DNA of 64,000 nucleotides from Flaccisagitta enflata (GCA_965153355.1 OZ231126.1:10230001-10294000), one strand, 5' to 3'; counted from the first letter of the stretch, positions 25,626-39,360 are shown. Notes: generated by a model not told the origin, from the letters alone. Translations and numbers: made by a program.

Positions 25626-26478
25626 CCTGCTGTCCAAAATGCTTGGCCTTATGGCACCGTTTGCCAAACACAATTGCCGCAACTCACCTACTGTCCAAGA
25701 TGCTTGACCTTATGGCATCATTTGTTGCAGACAATTGCCGCAACTCACCTGCTGTCCAAGATGCCTCGCCTTGTGGAATCATTGCTGCAGACAATTGCCG
25801 CAACTCACCTGCTGTCCAACATGCTTGGCATTTTGGCACCTTTTGCCGTAGACAATTGCCGCAACTCACCTGCTGTCCAAGATGCCTGGCCTTTTGGCAT
25901 TGTTTGCTGAAGACACTTGCCGCAACTCACCTGCTGTCCAAGATGCCTGGCCTTTTGGAATTGTTTGCTGAAGACACTTGCCGCAACTCACCTGCTGTCC
26001 AAGATGCCTGGCCTTTTGGCATTGTTTGCTGTAGACAATTGCCGCAACTCACCTGCCATCCAAGATGCTTGGCCTTTTGACACCGTTTGCTGCAGACAAT
26101 TGCCGCAACTCACCTGCTGTCCAAGATGCATGGCCTTTTGGCATCCTTTGCTGTAGACATTTGCTGCAGCTTACCTGCTGTCCAAGGTGCTTGGCCTTTT
26201 GGAATTGTTTTTTGCGGACAAATGCCGCAACTCACCTGCCGTCCATCATGCTTGGCCTTTTGGCACAGTTTGCTGTAGATAATTGCCGCAACTCACCTGC
26301 CATCCAAGATGCTTGGCCTTTTGACACCCTTTTGCTGTAGACAATTGCCGCAACTCACCTGCTGTCCAAGATGCTTGGCCTTTTGGCATTGTTTGCTGTA
26401 CATAATTGCCGCAACCCACCTGCTGTCCAAGATGCTTGGCCTTTTGGCATCGTTTGCTGTAGACAATTGCCGCAACTC
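25626..26478 (-). repeat. 61-bp tandem repeat (about 14 units) derived from the 3' end of CD225 exon 6 plus its donor
   Basis: GCAACTCACCTGCTGTCCAAGATGC recurs every 60-62 nt; the last unit is the coding sequence itself. Confidence 0.95.
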
Positions 26479-26571
26479 CCAAAGGCACGCAGCAGAAAAT
26501 CGTCGCCAAAATTGACAGCAAGAAATGATCTTTGACGCTTTTTGGCGTCGGAGTAAAACGAAAAGTGTCAC
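26420..26571 (-). CDS. CD225 gene, exon 6 (first half of CD225 domain)
   Basis: tttctccag|GT GAC... gives PKSVKDHFLLSILATIFCCVPLGVAAIVYSKRCQKAKHLGQQ, then CAG|GTGGGT. It matches the CD225 'D-x-L-x-x-SI...FCC-x-PLG-x-x-A-x-x-YS' signature. Confidence 0.9.
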
Positions 26572-27035
26572 CTGGAGAAAAGGAGAAAAGAAGTTAGAAT
26601 GTGTTGGTCGCGTTTAATGATGTAGATAACGAATCGTTTTTATTGTCTTGCGATCAGTCACTTGAACAGTTGAACTGTGTCTCTTTTGCTGGGGGTTGTC
26701 TTAAGGGTCGATTTTCAGTGCACCAGATGCCACCAGCACAAAGAAACCTAACTATCCTAAACTACCTCTAAATCCGTGATATCACCACCAATTCACCTTG
26801 ACACAGTGCGCAAGATACCGCAACAAAACAACATGTGCTTATCAACGAAGCAACTCATCATCACCGCCAATTCAACTTCAACACCAACTACAACATCAAT
26901 ACCGACACCAACTTTAAACCGGTGAAGAAAAGCTGGTGGTTTGTAGTCAACATCATCATTCACGGTATCCATCTCCATCTTGCTACAGTAACTTATCTCT
27001 AAAATGAATTAAACTTCACATCAACCCCAGTTCAC

Positions 27036-27371
27036 CTTGATTTGCCGAGATTGGCAGCGCGGGCAGCGGCAGTTGAGTTATTGGCGGCCTGGGTTTCTGT
27101 AGCGGCGGAGCAGGCGGCAAATGTTGGCGTTGCAGCTGCTGTTGCTGTTGTTGCCGATCTGATTGTATAGTCCGTTGATGCTGTAATTGATGTTGACGTA
27201 GTTGCTGCAATTGTCGTTGATGTTCTTCCGCCATCATGGCGAAATTGGGAACATTTTGTTGTTGCTGTTGTTGTTGAAAAAGTTGCTGCTGCTGCTGTTG
27301 TTGTTGTTGTTGTTGCAGATGATGAGCTCGCGCGGTCTTTGGACTACAGCTTGTGCCCAATGGAAGAGTAT
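27036..27371 (-). CDS. CD225 gene, exon 5 (Gln/Pro-rich)
   Basis: caacacag|AT ACT CTT... gives TLPLGTSCSPK...QQQ...LPPAPPLQKPRPP...ISANQ, then G|GTGAAC (336 nt, phase 1-1). Confidence 0.78.
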
Positions 27372-27541
27372 CTGTGTTGATAAAAAAACGTAACACAATA
27401 ACTTTAAATGTACGCAAAATTTGTCACCTTTTCAAAAACAGCAATACTGTACAGTGGGACCCCGCCTCATCGGTCCCATTGGGACTGAAGATTTTTCACC
27501 TTCATCTCAGGACAACCTTTAAAGAGAGGTGAAATCACATT

Positions 27542-27704
27542 AACAAGGCCAGATACACAGCCACCAGTTGCGGACAGGTGGGCAGGGGCGGAAATGCGCG
27601 TTTTTCCACTTTTCAACTCGAGCGTGACGGACCAACCAACCGACCAACTGACTTACCAATGGACGGACAAAGCCTCTTATAGAGTTGTGTGTCCGCAACT
27701 AAAA
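27542..27704 (-). mobile_element. HINE-type element (AGTTGCGGAC subfamily)
   Basis: AACAAGGCCAGATACAC...AGTTGCGGAC...TGTCCGCAACTAAAA. Confidence 0.8.
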
Positions 27705-27793
27705 ACTATCATTCGGGACCTCAAAATGTTTACCTTTATTGATTGGGAACCTTTAAAAGCGAGGCTGTTATTGCGGGGTTCCACTCACACACA

Positions 27794-27888
<95 letters not shown>

Positions 27889-27916
27889 CCCTATACACAC
27901 AAACAAGCATTCAAAC

Positions 27917-28537
27917 CTGCATTGATGAAATTAGTTGACGGGTCATTTGGGGAGGCTTCGGATGCAAATGAGTTGAAGGATGCCAAAGGCGGGGAAGTTG
28001 GCGGAGAGTTGGAGGAATTGTCCGCCGAAGAACATTGAGATTCGTCGCCCCAAACTCCGACCCCCGCCCCTGTCCCAACCCCGCAGCCTTGGGGGCGATG
28101 TGTTGGGAAGTTTGGATGAGAGTTGGGGTCGAGATGAAGGTGATGAGGATGAGGATGAGGATGAGAATGAAGATGATCAAAGTCATAATCGAGGTCTTGA
28201 AGTTGTTGTTGTTGTTGTTGATGATGATGATGTTGTGATTGAGGGTGATGTTGAAAGTGATGATGATGATGTTGCTGTTGATGTTGTTGAAGACGATGGT
28301 GATGAAGAAAGTGTTCTGGGTAGCCATTGGGTAGAGGGTATGAATAACCCTCTTCCTCATCTTCATCATCGTCGTCATCGGCATCGTCGTGAGGGTGGTT
28401 GTGATCATCATCATCATCGTCGTCGTCGACGTCGTCGTCTTCATCGCCGTCACCAACTCCCTCGTCAGCTTCGTCGTCGTCGATGTCGTCGTCAGGTCGC
28501 TTCGTCTCCCAATCGTAATATTCCGTAAATGTTGGAA
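27917..28537 (-). CDS. CD225 gene, exon 4 (acidic, His/Gln-rich; this frame is not in the ORF track)
   Basis: aaacag|TT CCA ACA... gives PTFTEYYDWETKRPDDDIDDDEADEG...HHHQQQQQLQD...PNDPSTNFINA, then G|GTTTGA (621 nt, no stops, phase 1-1). Confidence 0.75.
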
Positions 28538-28684
28538 CTGTTTTTTTTCAAGAGAGAATTGGGGGGGGGGAGAAGGGGGGGGGGAAGGGTGGGGGGCAGG
28601 TGAGTGGAGTTTGAAATGAATTGGACAAAGACTACATTTATGAAATTTATTTTCCCTTTCCCAAGAAACGAAGTTGATGACAGA

Positions 28685-28766
<82 letters not shown>

Positions 28767-28780
28767 ACCAGACAGATATA

Positions 28781-29289
28781 CAGTAGATGTCGTCTAGACT
28801 TGGGAATACGGGGGAGCTCATAACTTCAGCATCAGTATAGTGAGGGGACTGATATTTTGCTAGTGTAATGTATAGACCCTAAGGGGTTGATGATGGGGTA
28901 TGGCATCCCCCTACGGCCTACCTTACAAAAAAAACTTTTAGTATAAAATGTTAGGATCAATCACTTTTATGGCAGAATTTCAGCTTCATCTATTTGCTTT
29001 AATTGCAAAACCAGGCTGGGATTCGAACCTGGAACTTTTAAAGAAATAAGTTGATCAAGAGAGTTTTGAAGTCAAGTGAATTAACCACTAGACCAGTTCT
29101 GGCAGCTGCTTGAGCAGAGCAAATTTGTTTTAGTGTATTCAAAAGAATTTTCTATCCACAGAGTTGCTATACCCCATCGTCAACCCTATAGGACATAAGT
29201 ATTATACAGACACAGTTTCATTTCATTGGGGCAAATGGTAGTTAGGATATGAGGGCCCCCGTATTTCCAAGTCTAGACGACATCTACTG
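28781..29289. mobile_element. Tc1/pogo-type MITE with nested inverted repeats and a tRNA-like core
   Basis: TA|CAGTAGATGTCGTCTAGACTTGG...CCAAGTCTAGACGACATCTACTG|TA. An inner inverted pair lies at about 28871-28905 / 29165-29197. Confidence 0.9.
29010..29103 (-). pseudogene. Degenerate tRNA-like sequence (Pol III A and B boxes)
   Basis: The minus strand reads GCCAGAAC-TGGTCTAGTGG(A box)-TTAATTCA-CTTGACTTCAAA...CCAGGTTCGAATCCCAG(B box)-CCTGGT. The T-stem and acceptor stem are mismatched. Confidence 0.55.
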
Positions 29290-29707
29290 TACATTTAAAC
29301 AGACAGACACGGAAAAGGCCCCCTCGATAGCAGGGGAGAATGTAGAATGACAAATCGACAGACAAACTGAGACAGAGACAACCCCAACGAAGCAAGAATG
29401 AAGAATGACGAAATTTGCGGGGGCGTCAGAATCTTAAACATTTTTACCTTCTTTTTGAAAGGTAGAACAGTTGTAATTTTTCTATGTACATGTATCCCGC
29501 TTGAAAAAAATGTTGGCCTCCTACAAATACCTGTCTAACGTTCTGTCTGTTCGTCCCTTTTCTTTCTGTCGCAGACTATGTTTATTTCCGTTTCTGTCAC
29601 TGTCTGTCACTTACGCTGTCTGTACGTGCCAGTGTATATGTGTGTGTTAGTGTGTGTGTGTGTTAATGTGTGTGTGTTAGTGTGTGTGTTAGTGTGTGTG
29701 TATTAGT

Positions 29708-29798
<91 letters not shown>

Positions 29799-29889
29799 TC
29801 TGTCTGTCTGTCTGTCTCTTTCTCTCTCTGTCCGTTACAATGAACAACAATAACATCTCCTCCCTCCAAAATTGGTCTCTCTCTCTGTC

Positions 29890-29959
<70 letters not shown>

Positions 29960-31587
29960 TGAAATATGCTTAAAATAACTTCAAATTGAGAATGAAATTC
30001 GAGGATAATTTGGGAATTTCTTTCCTTCCGAAATCCAAGATTTTGAATCCCAAATGGAAAAAGAATTTCTTTCGTCAATTTCCAAGCATATTCTGATGGG
30101 ATTTCATTGAATTTCAAATCAAATTTCAATCTATGCATCGTTTTAAAAGAATATACATTCGCTCCGTTTTCAAGAAGTATATACTTATTCATGTGCAACT
30201 TTCTTCCCACATGTTACTAAAACTATCAACCATGTACAGTCGTATGTAAACGGCCATCGTTGATCTTGTCTCATCTCATGTATGTACATTTTTGTACAGT
30301 TGTGCTTCTCTAAAAAGCGAGAGCCTGGGCAAAATTTCGGACGGATGGGCAGGGGAATCCAACCCCCATCCACACCTCAACCCCCACCCCCATACACAAA
30401 AAGTATCTAGAACGCTTATTTTTCCTCTTTTCACCACGGACTGACCGACGGACGGACTGACGGACAGACAAAGGCTCTTATAGAGTTGCGTGTCCGCAAC
30501 AAAAAAATTACGAAATCTCTCTTGGGACTGCAAGTTGTATGCCTTAAAGGTGGGCATACCTAAATGGCGGGTATATGTATTCATTCGTACATTACATGTT
30601 CTTATATTGAATTTACCGTAACACCCATCTACAGTAAGGCGATCACACTTACCAAGAAAAGCGCCATTAACAAATGACATTTGTCCAGACCCATTATATA
30701 GGGGGCAAATGTCACGGTTCCACAGCATGCTTGAGGGCCCGACTTTCTGCCAATCTACGTTGGCCCAAGCTTCAGATACAGCATTATAAACGAATTAAAT
30801 GGTTCAAAGACATTCATAACTACCCATTGTACAATTTCAAACCATTTTTTGTGACCCTCCCTACCCCTAGAGGGTCTAAAAATTTGTTCAAAGAGCTCTT
30901 TTTGGCGTGTCTCCATTCTGTCTCCTGTAAGAAATAGCAAGCAAAACCAATCAAAAAATGTCGCATCTTATGATATCATGAGTGTTTATCAACTAGTATC
31001 AATCGCACAGGGTATACAAAAAAATTCAACTCACCACTCAATCAATAAGTTGTCACAAAATGGTATAAAAATCAAATCTACCCCTTCTCGATTTTTTTAC
31101 TTTTTTTCTCTCAAGATTGAATGTTATGATATTTATTTTTTTAAACCTCATTTATATTAAACATTAAGCGTTTTTTTTTCTTGCAATTCGATGGACAACA
31201 ACTTGAAGGACATTTCCCTCCATTTTCATGTTATTGGGTTGATCCTATGCAGAGAAATGTTTTTTTTCTTGGAGCGTATCAATTCGCGCACACCCCCAAA
31301 CTTGATCCTAACGCATACCTAACGCTTGGAATATGCCACTATGGTGTGAAAATGAAACAATTCACATAAAATCTGACCACACCGTGTGAAAGAGCGTGAA
31401 ATTTTGAGTCACCTCTGATAATTTGAAACCTTAACTCTCAGGCATTCTGTCACAATGAAATTTTACATTTTGTTGGTCCTGAAATGTGAACAGAATTGAT
31501 ACGCTCATCGACGGCTCATCGTAGTTAATTCTTTGTTTCCACATAGCGCTTCTCACACAATTACGCGATGCTTTTGTGTCTTAATTT

Positions 31588-32887
31588 GGTGGGGGGGGGG
31601 GTAATTTGGGCCAGGGGCAATGTGGGCCACTTGATCGACATCATCAACTTTGTGACATGCTCATCAACTGACTGTCAAAAGCTCAACCTTACCAATGATC
31701 CTGCTAGTTACAGTGGGTAAGGGAGTTGCCATGGTAACAGTACGCTGCAGCTGCTGCAGCCGCTGCAGGCGCAGTGCAGCTCAACGCAGGATCATTTTGG
31801 CTGATTTGTGAAGTGACTTTTTTACTTGTGCGGCAAAACTTTTCATAACGGCAAAAATATTAATTTCGCCACAATTTTTTTTCTTGGAATTGAAAATAGA
31901 ATCATAAAAGAAGTAGCAGCAGGAATATGGATGAACCCATCTATGATTTTCGTATCCAAATTACGACTTGAACCAAAGGGGCAATGTGGGCCACTGTTGA
32001 CTTTCAACTCACAACGCCACAGGAGACTCAATTTTGGCATCAGGGACACCTGATGTTATCTATAAATCATTAATAAATGACTCTCTGGATATGAAACTCC
32101 CTCAAATGCCCTTATTTTTTTATCTGAAAATTATATAACGGGTGTTCTAATAAAAATCTTGTATTTAACATAGTGTATAATATAGAATATTTTTTGATAT
32201 TTCATTATGATGAAACAGATTTTTAATTAAGAAATAATTTTTTAAAATTACAGTAGCAGTTATAACTAGGAAAGCTAGTCTTTTATTATAGGTGTTATTA
32301 TATGTAATTGTAAAAAATATGTTTTAAATTTAATTGATTTAATTCTAATAAATAATTTTAATGAAATTGTTTTACCATGCCATAAAACATTTTTTTGGTA
32401 TTGATTGATATTTTACTATTTATTTAAAATATTATTTAATGTTTATCATTCAGTAAATAACTACACTGTTTATTTGAACACCCGTTATGATGCTACTCAA
32501 TCACATTTATTGGCATGACAGATATAATTAAACAGGTACATGTTAACATTACAATATTAATGCGCACTACTGCAGCAGATACCATTTATCAACTATTGTA
32601 CTGGAAAATGTTGTTTTGACCCTTGACAAATTGATTATGGGGGCTTACAGGCTCCATTTTTTTAAAAAAAAAACAGGTGGCCCACATTGCCCCACTTGGT
32701 GGGGCAATGTGGGCCACCCCCCTTTTTTAAAAAAATGGGCCCCTAGGGGCCCCTCACAAAATTTCTTTCCAGGTAGGCTAATAGCCATGCAAAAATGCCA
32801 CATAGTTCAGAATTTCAAATATTACGTGTTTGAAAAAAATCTGAAAAAATGTTCGCAAATGGCCCACATTACCCCACCCCCCCCCCC
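31588..32887. mobile_element. Non-autonomous TIR DNA transposon, about 1.3 kb
   Basis: G-run-GTAATTTGGGCCA at the left vs TGGCCCACATTACCCC-C-run at the right. GGGGCAATGTGGGCCAC is repeated subterminally in both orientations; AT-rich core with no ORF. Confidence 0.7.
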
Positions 32888-33363
32888 TAAAATTTCTTAA
32901 AATTAAAATTGGCATATCTCAGGAACTGTTCGAGCTAGCCCATTGAAATTTTGCATGGTTGATACCTAGACCAAAAGGGTCCGTTGCCTAGATTCTGATG
33001 CGACCTAAAAAATGTTATGAAGTCCAACCAGACCAACCAGCCTACCAGATGAAAAAAATAAAAAATGGCATAACTTCCATAATAATTGTCCGATCTGGTT
33101 GAAATTTTGCATGAAGCTTCCTTTAAAGGTTCCTCATCACTGGCTTGAATAAGCGCTTGGGTAAAAAAAATTTTCTCCAACAGCCCACCCAGCCAGAAAT
33201 GGTACTTATAGAGATTTTTTTAAAAAACTAAAAAATTAAAAATTTCTTAGCAACATATGATCACACATGATTACTTGAACGTTATCAATAAGAATTTTAC
33301 TGTCATATTGATTTCTTTAATGTATTTAGCTAAATTCTTTAGTAATAAAACTGCCTATAATAC

Positions 33364-33647
33364 CTTTTTAGATGCGTCCTCGCATCTCTATAAGAGGGTT
33401 TGTCGGTCCGTCCGTCCGTCCGTCCGTCCGTCCGTCCGTCGGTCCGTCCGTTACGCAAGTGCAAAAACCGCGTTTCCTGACTGTTTTTGGCCACGGTGAG
33501 ATCCTACACTGAAACAAATGATCAACCAACAAGTTTTGAGAGTCTTTACACCCGTCTGTTCGTCCATCTGTCTCTCCATACATATGTCACATGATCATTA
33601 CACACTGAGACACAGCCCGGACGCATCGTTGCCCGGTCGGGCTTGTT
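33364..33647 (+). mobile_element. HINE-type element (AGATGCGTCC subfamily)
   Basis: TTTTT-AGATGCG-TCCT-CGCATCT, (GTCC)n, 3' GGACGCATC, hairpin GCCCG-GT-CGGGC, TTGTT. Confidence 0.85.
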
Positions 33648-33915
33648 AAGCCTAATTTGCATGAAAAATGAGCGTACTTAAGAAAGTCCAAGTATGTATC
33701 CATATGTAATGATAGCTAGGCTACATAATGATGTATGATTTTCTTCAATTTTCCAACATGTAAAATTGACGAATTCCACCTGTCCTCAGTTGGCTTAGCA
33801 TGACACCAGCCAGGGATGTAACTGTGCGTCTTTCTCCAAAAATGTCGCCACGTGTATCTCTACCATGAACATGACATGTCGGGTGCCATGAAATTGCGTG
33901 GTACACTTTGCTTAC

Positions 33916-34251
33916 CATTTTGTTTTTGCATACTGAGCAACGTTTCTCGAGATCCCATTCGTTGGTTATGAGGATCGATTCGGCCTATCACATTGCAGAA
34001 TTCCACGCCGGGATCTCCGAGATCGCCCGCGTAATCGTTCTCGTCATCGTCATCCTCGACAAGTTGAGGCTGACGGAGATGATGAGGATGAGGAGGAGGA
34101 AGAGGAAGAGGATGAGCCGAGTTGACGACCCCTTCCAAAGGATGTCCGCCGCGGAGAGGATCGACGTCTTTGGCGCGCGGACGAGACGTCACGCGACCGC
34201 TTCCGGTCCCATTTCCGGTTTCTGTTCCGGAATGACGTCGTGGATGGCCGG
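33916..34251 (-). CDS. CD225 gene, exon 3
   Basis: (CT)n tract-caacag|CC GGC CAT... is open to MGSRETLLSMQKQN, then G|GTAAGC (336 nt, phase 1-1). Confidence 0.72.
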
Positions 34252-34257
34252 CTGTTG

Positions 34258-34352
<95 letters not shown>

Positions 34353-34461
34353 AATGGAGAGATAAAAACACAAAATCAACAACATCCACGGAAGGAACAA
34401 CGAAAGCAAAAGCGTCTGTAGATGAAAATTTAATCGGTTTCTTGTTAGTGGATATGTAACA

Positions 34462-34803
<342 letters not shown>

Positions 34804-34807
34804 TAAA

Positions 34808-35020
34808 AGATACACGGCCACCAGTTGCGGACGGGTGGGCAGGGGCGGATATGAGCGTTTTCCCACTTTTCGACTCGATCACCTCTACGGATCAACCAAC
34901 CAACCAACCGACCAACCGACCGACCAACCGACCAACCGACCGACCAACCGACCAACCGACCGACCAACCGACCGACGGACGGACAAAGCCTCTTATAGAG
35001 TTGCGTGTCCGCAACTTAAA
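34808..35020 (-). mobile_element. HINE-type element
   Basis: GATACACGGCCACCAGTTGCGGAC...(CCAA/CCGA)n...AGTTGCGTGTCCGCAACT; one terminus is truncated. Confidence 0.8.
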
Positions 35021-35775
35021 AAGAAGCAAAGAAACATAGAAACAAGGAAACAAAGAAAGGAAATGAAAGAGACTGAGTAACGTACCCAAATACCGATTTC
35101 TAATGATACAACGTTGGAGATTGCTTACAATATAAACACTCATTTCAGGATGCCCAGCCCATGTACAGATTTAACAAGATATGAAAGTAAGAGAGCGATC
35201 CTAACAAAATCGTGAAACTTTCTCTCTTTTTCTTTCTGAGCTTATCTATATCTATATTTTTCATCGTGAGATGTTTTTCCAAAATGATGAGAAGATTGAT
35301 ATTCTCAGCGGGGTTAAAGCCCAAATCCCCCGGAGTAGGGGAGGAGAAGGGGGGGAGAGGAGGAGGAGGGGTAAAGCTAAGATCCCCGGGAAGAAAATGG
35401 GGGACAGAATGAAGATCCCAATTTCATAGGGGGAGCGTTATAGACCTAATATCAGATAGAAAGACAGAGAAATATTGAGCAAAACGGAATGAAAAAATGA
35501 ATGAATGAATGAATGAATGAATGAATGAATGAATGAATGAATGAATGAATGAATGAATGAATGAATGAATGAAAGAAAGATGAGAATATGAAAGAGAAGG
35601 AGAGAAAGGATATTAGGAAAAAAAGAAAGAAAAAAAGAATAGCAAGAAAAAAAGCAAAGCAAGACAAAAATGAACGAAACCAGTGAAAAATAAAAATAAA
35701 GTAAGGAAAGAGAGAAAGAAAGAAAGAAAGAAAGAAAGAAGGAAGGAAGGAAGGAAGGAAGGAAGGAAGGAAGGA

Positions 35776-35827
<52 letters not shown>

Positions 35828-35856
35828 GAGAAAGAAAGAAAGAGAGAAAGAAAGAG

Positions 35857-35938
<82 letters not shown>

Positions 35939-36910
35939 GAAGAAGGAAAACAAGAAAGAAGGAAAACCCAAAAAGGGGGAACTAGCGGGGGAGGAAATTG
36001 TGGAAATCGATTCTCAGCAAGAAAAGAAGGAAGAATGTGAAATTAAGATACTGTAAGAAAAACTAACAAAGCCCAAATTTGTGACGTCCGGTCTTACATG
36101 GGAAACATGTGGAGAAAGAAAGTCAAAATGCGTATAGGATCCAGGTCAGATACATTATCATAATTATCGCATAATTGAGATACTTTTAGAAGATGATTTC
36201 TAGGCCGGATAGTTTTCTTAGTCGAAAAGTTTCTGGGGAGTTAAATCGAAGTCAAGTCAGCATCATTCTTTTGTTATCATTCTCACAATATTTTCATATT
36301 TTCAGGTGTTGTGTCATGATGGGTGGCTCGTCGAAACCCCGATGGATGGTCATTGGTAAGATGAGGAACTGGTGGGTGGTCATTGGTAAGATGAGAGATT
36401 TCGGGGTGGTCATTAGTTAGATAAAATGGTGATTGAATTATACGTAGTCATGACCGCGTTATGTGTGGAAATTAGTTAGAAGAGGAAATGATGGCTGGTG
36501 AATGATTGATGAGGTAGTGACATTGATTACGTTAAACAAGGCCAACACCTACAAGTCGCGTGCGGGATATAGATAACTTGAGATGACTTAAAATGACTTT
36601 AAATGACTCAAGATGACAAGAAATAACTTAAAATGACTTAAGTGACTTAAAATAACTTATTATGACTTGAAATGACTTAGAATGGCATTAGGGAAGGAAA
36701 TGTGACCCTAAAACGCTTAAAAACACCGAAAAAGTAAAAAGGGGACAGACCAACCGACCGACCGACAGACCAACCAAGCAGGGTGTAGAGTCGCGTTGCA
36801 CGCAACTAAAAATTATAAAAAGTGATTGCCTCATCGGTTCGATAAAGTAGGTACGTGAGGTTATAATCGCCGTAAAATGTTTTGGACCGACTGACGGACT
36901 AACAACTCAC

Positions 36911-37158
36911 CTTTACTCCTCCTCTCTCTGGAGTTGGATGCACTCGGCGTCGTTGTGGTTGTTGTCGTTGTCGACATCGTCGTCGCCGCGACCGGATGTG
37001 ACGTCACGGTGGCGTTGGAAGATAACGCGTCGACGCCGGAAGCCGTCGCCGAGTTGACGTTGACGTTGGCGCGGGCGGAAGTGAGGCGCTGCGGGATCGA
37101 ATCCGGCCCCGGAAGTGAAGTCTCCCATTGAGAATAAGATGGATTTTCCAGATTCAAA
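36911..37158 (-). CDS. CD225 gene, exon 2 (Ser/Thr-rich)
   Basis: ttttcaag|T TTG AAT... gives LNLENPSYSQWETSLPGPD...RERRSK, then G|GTGAGT (phase 2-1). It is a GC-rich island in an AT-rich intron. Confidence 0.72.
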
Positions 37159-37351
37159 CTTGAAAATTAAAAAATGATAAAAGTTAGAAAACATTATTAT
37201 TTATGAAGATTTATTAAGATTATTTATCTTTCCTCCAATCCTACTTCATTTCATTTTCTTTTCCTTTCTTTCATATTTGTATTCATCCATTCTCTCCTAT
37301 GATTTCTTTCGACTCTTCTTACCTACATTCTCCTTTGTTTCCTATATTCAG

Positions 37352-37411
<60 letters not shown>

Positions 37412-37493
37412 GCTTGTTTACTTTTTTTAATTTCCTTCTCTTCTTTCTTTCTTTCTTTCTTTCTTTTTCTTTCTTTTCTTTCTTTCTTTCTTT

Positions 37494-37530
<37 letters not shown>

Positions 37531-37616
37531 TTTCTTTTCTTTTCTTTTGATAACTCTTTTTCTTCTAGCTCTGTTTCTCTTTCTTCTCTCTCTTTTCTTT
37601 CTTCTTTCTCTCCTCT

Positions 37617-37675
<59 letters not shown>

Positions 37676-37797
37676 GGTTTTCATGAAGAGCCTTACGACT
37701 CCGACTTCCTCATCTGTCTCTAGCCTCCGGTAACTAAACGAATTTTCTGACCTTTCCGTTACAATGAACAACAATAACATCTCCTCCCTCCAAAATT

Positions 37798-37872
<75 letters not shown>

Positions 37873-38143
37873 ACCTAAAGGCTCTTCAGTTCTTCTTCTA
37901 CTTATCTTTCTTTCTATAATCATTTTCTATCTGTCTGTATGTCTGTCTGTCCATTGGTTCACCATTCTACTTTTCTGCCTCTTTGTCTGACTGTGGGTCC
38001 ATGTGTCTTTCTGTCAGTCTGTCCAGCTGACTATTTGTCATTAATCTGCCTGTCCATCAGTCCTATGTCTGTCCCTCTGTGTCTGTCTGCATAACTGTCT
38101 GTCTACCTCTGTCTGTCTCTGTCTGTCTTTCTTCTAGTGTGTG

Positions 38144-38224
<81 letters not shown>

Positions 38225-38238
38225 TGTCTGTCTACCAG

Positions 38239-38281
<43 letters not shown>

Positions 38282-38531
38282 TCATTTGTCATAGTCAAAG
38301 TGGAACGGATCCACGCACGGCTGCAGTTAAGGTTTGGCCCCTTCAGGAAAGTTTTACACAAACCCCACAACAACAACAACAACAATGCAACTAAAGTTTA
38401 AACAGTAGCAAAGACAACCACAACAACGACAATGACGTATTCAACGACGAAGACGATGACGACGACGACGACGCGTACGATGCACAGGCATTGGTGCCTA
38501 TTGATCAATGTCCGGTCCATGGATACGAGAA

Positions 38532-38623
<92 letters not shown>

Positions 38624-38930
38624 GCAGAGTGAACGAGATTGACCCGCAGCTACACAACAAGGAGGGAGCAGAGACGGCATTCTCTGAATTTTTCAGGTCC
38701 TGTATTCAATATCATAGGAATGTTCTCATGATGGGCCTAGGGATAGGCGACGCTAACGTGAACAACATTTGAATAAATTCTCAAAAGCATAAGTAGAACA
38801 GCATCCCTCATTGAATATATGGAGTAGGTTTTTATGAATGACAACATAAACAATTTCAACAACCACAACAAAAACAGTGTCGTTAAAAACATCCCCAATG
38901 ACATGAATAACAACACGGAAAACAACAGCG

Positions 38931-39015
<85 letters not shown>

Positions 39016-39304
39016 CCCTTCGAACAGCTGACCAGATTCTTTCTTTCAGATTCTTTCAAAACATATCAAAAATGTCCTCTTTTTCTGAAAATCCATCTTT
39101 TCTTTTTTCTCTTTGTTTTCCTTTTTTGTTTCGTCTTTTTCTATTTTTGTCTCTGATGTTACCAATTTAGTGGGGGGCATAGTTACAAGTATTCGTGCTG
39201 CTATGGGTTGGATCATTTGTATGTCAGTGTGTCACAAACCCAAACTGGAAATCAGGGAAATCAGGGTCTCACTTACTCTGTCTAGTTACCAGTGTCTCTG
39301 CCTC

Positions 39305-39360
<56 letters not shown>

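Noticed and set aside
25614-26515. Cys-rich repeat ORFs on the + strand, or a CRISPR-like array
   Set aside because: This is the antisense reading of the 61-bp exon-derived repeat; the units are contiguous with no unique spacers, and the context is eukaryotic.
26793-26978. Possible extra CD225 exon ending at a CAAG|GTGAAT donor-like site
   Set aside because: The open frame ends in phase 2 (phase 1 is needed) and the phase-1 frame contains a stop. The 10-nt match to the exon 5 donor is too short to count confidently as another donor duplication.
27980-28528. 182-aa acidic/Arg-rich ORF on the + strand
   Set aside because: It is the antisense shadow of CD225 exon 4; trinucleotide-rich sequence stays open in several frames.
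30276-30728. 150-aa minus-strand ORF
   Set aside because: Its C-terminal half is a HINE copy, and the remainder has no recognisable motif or convincing splice sites.
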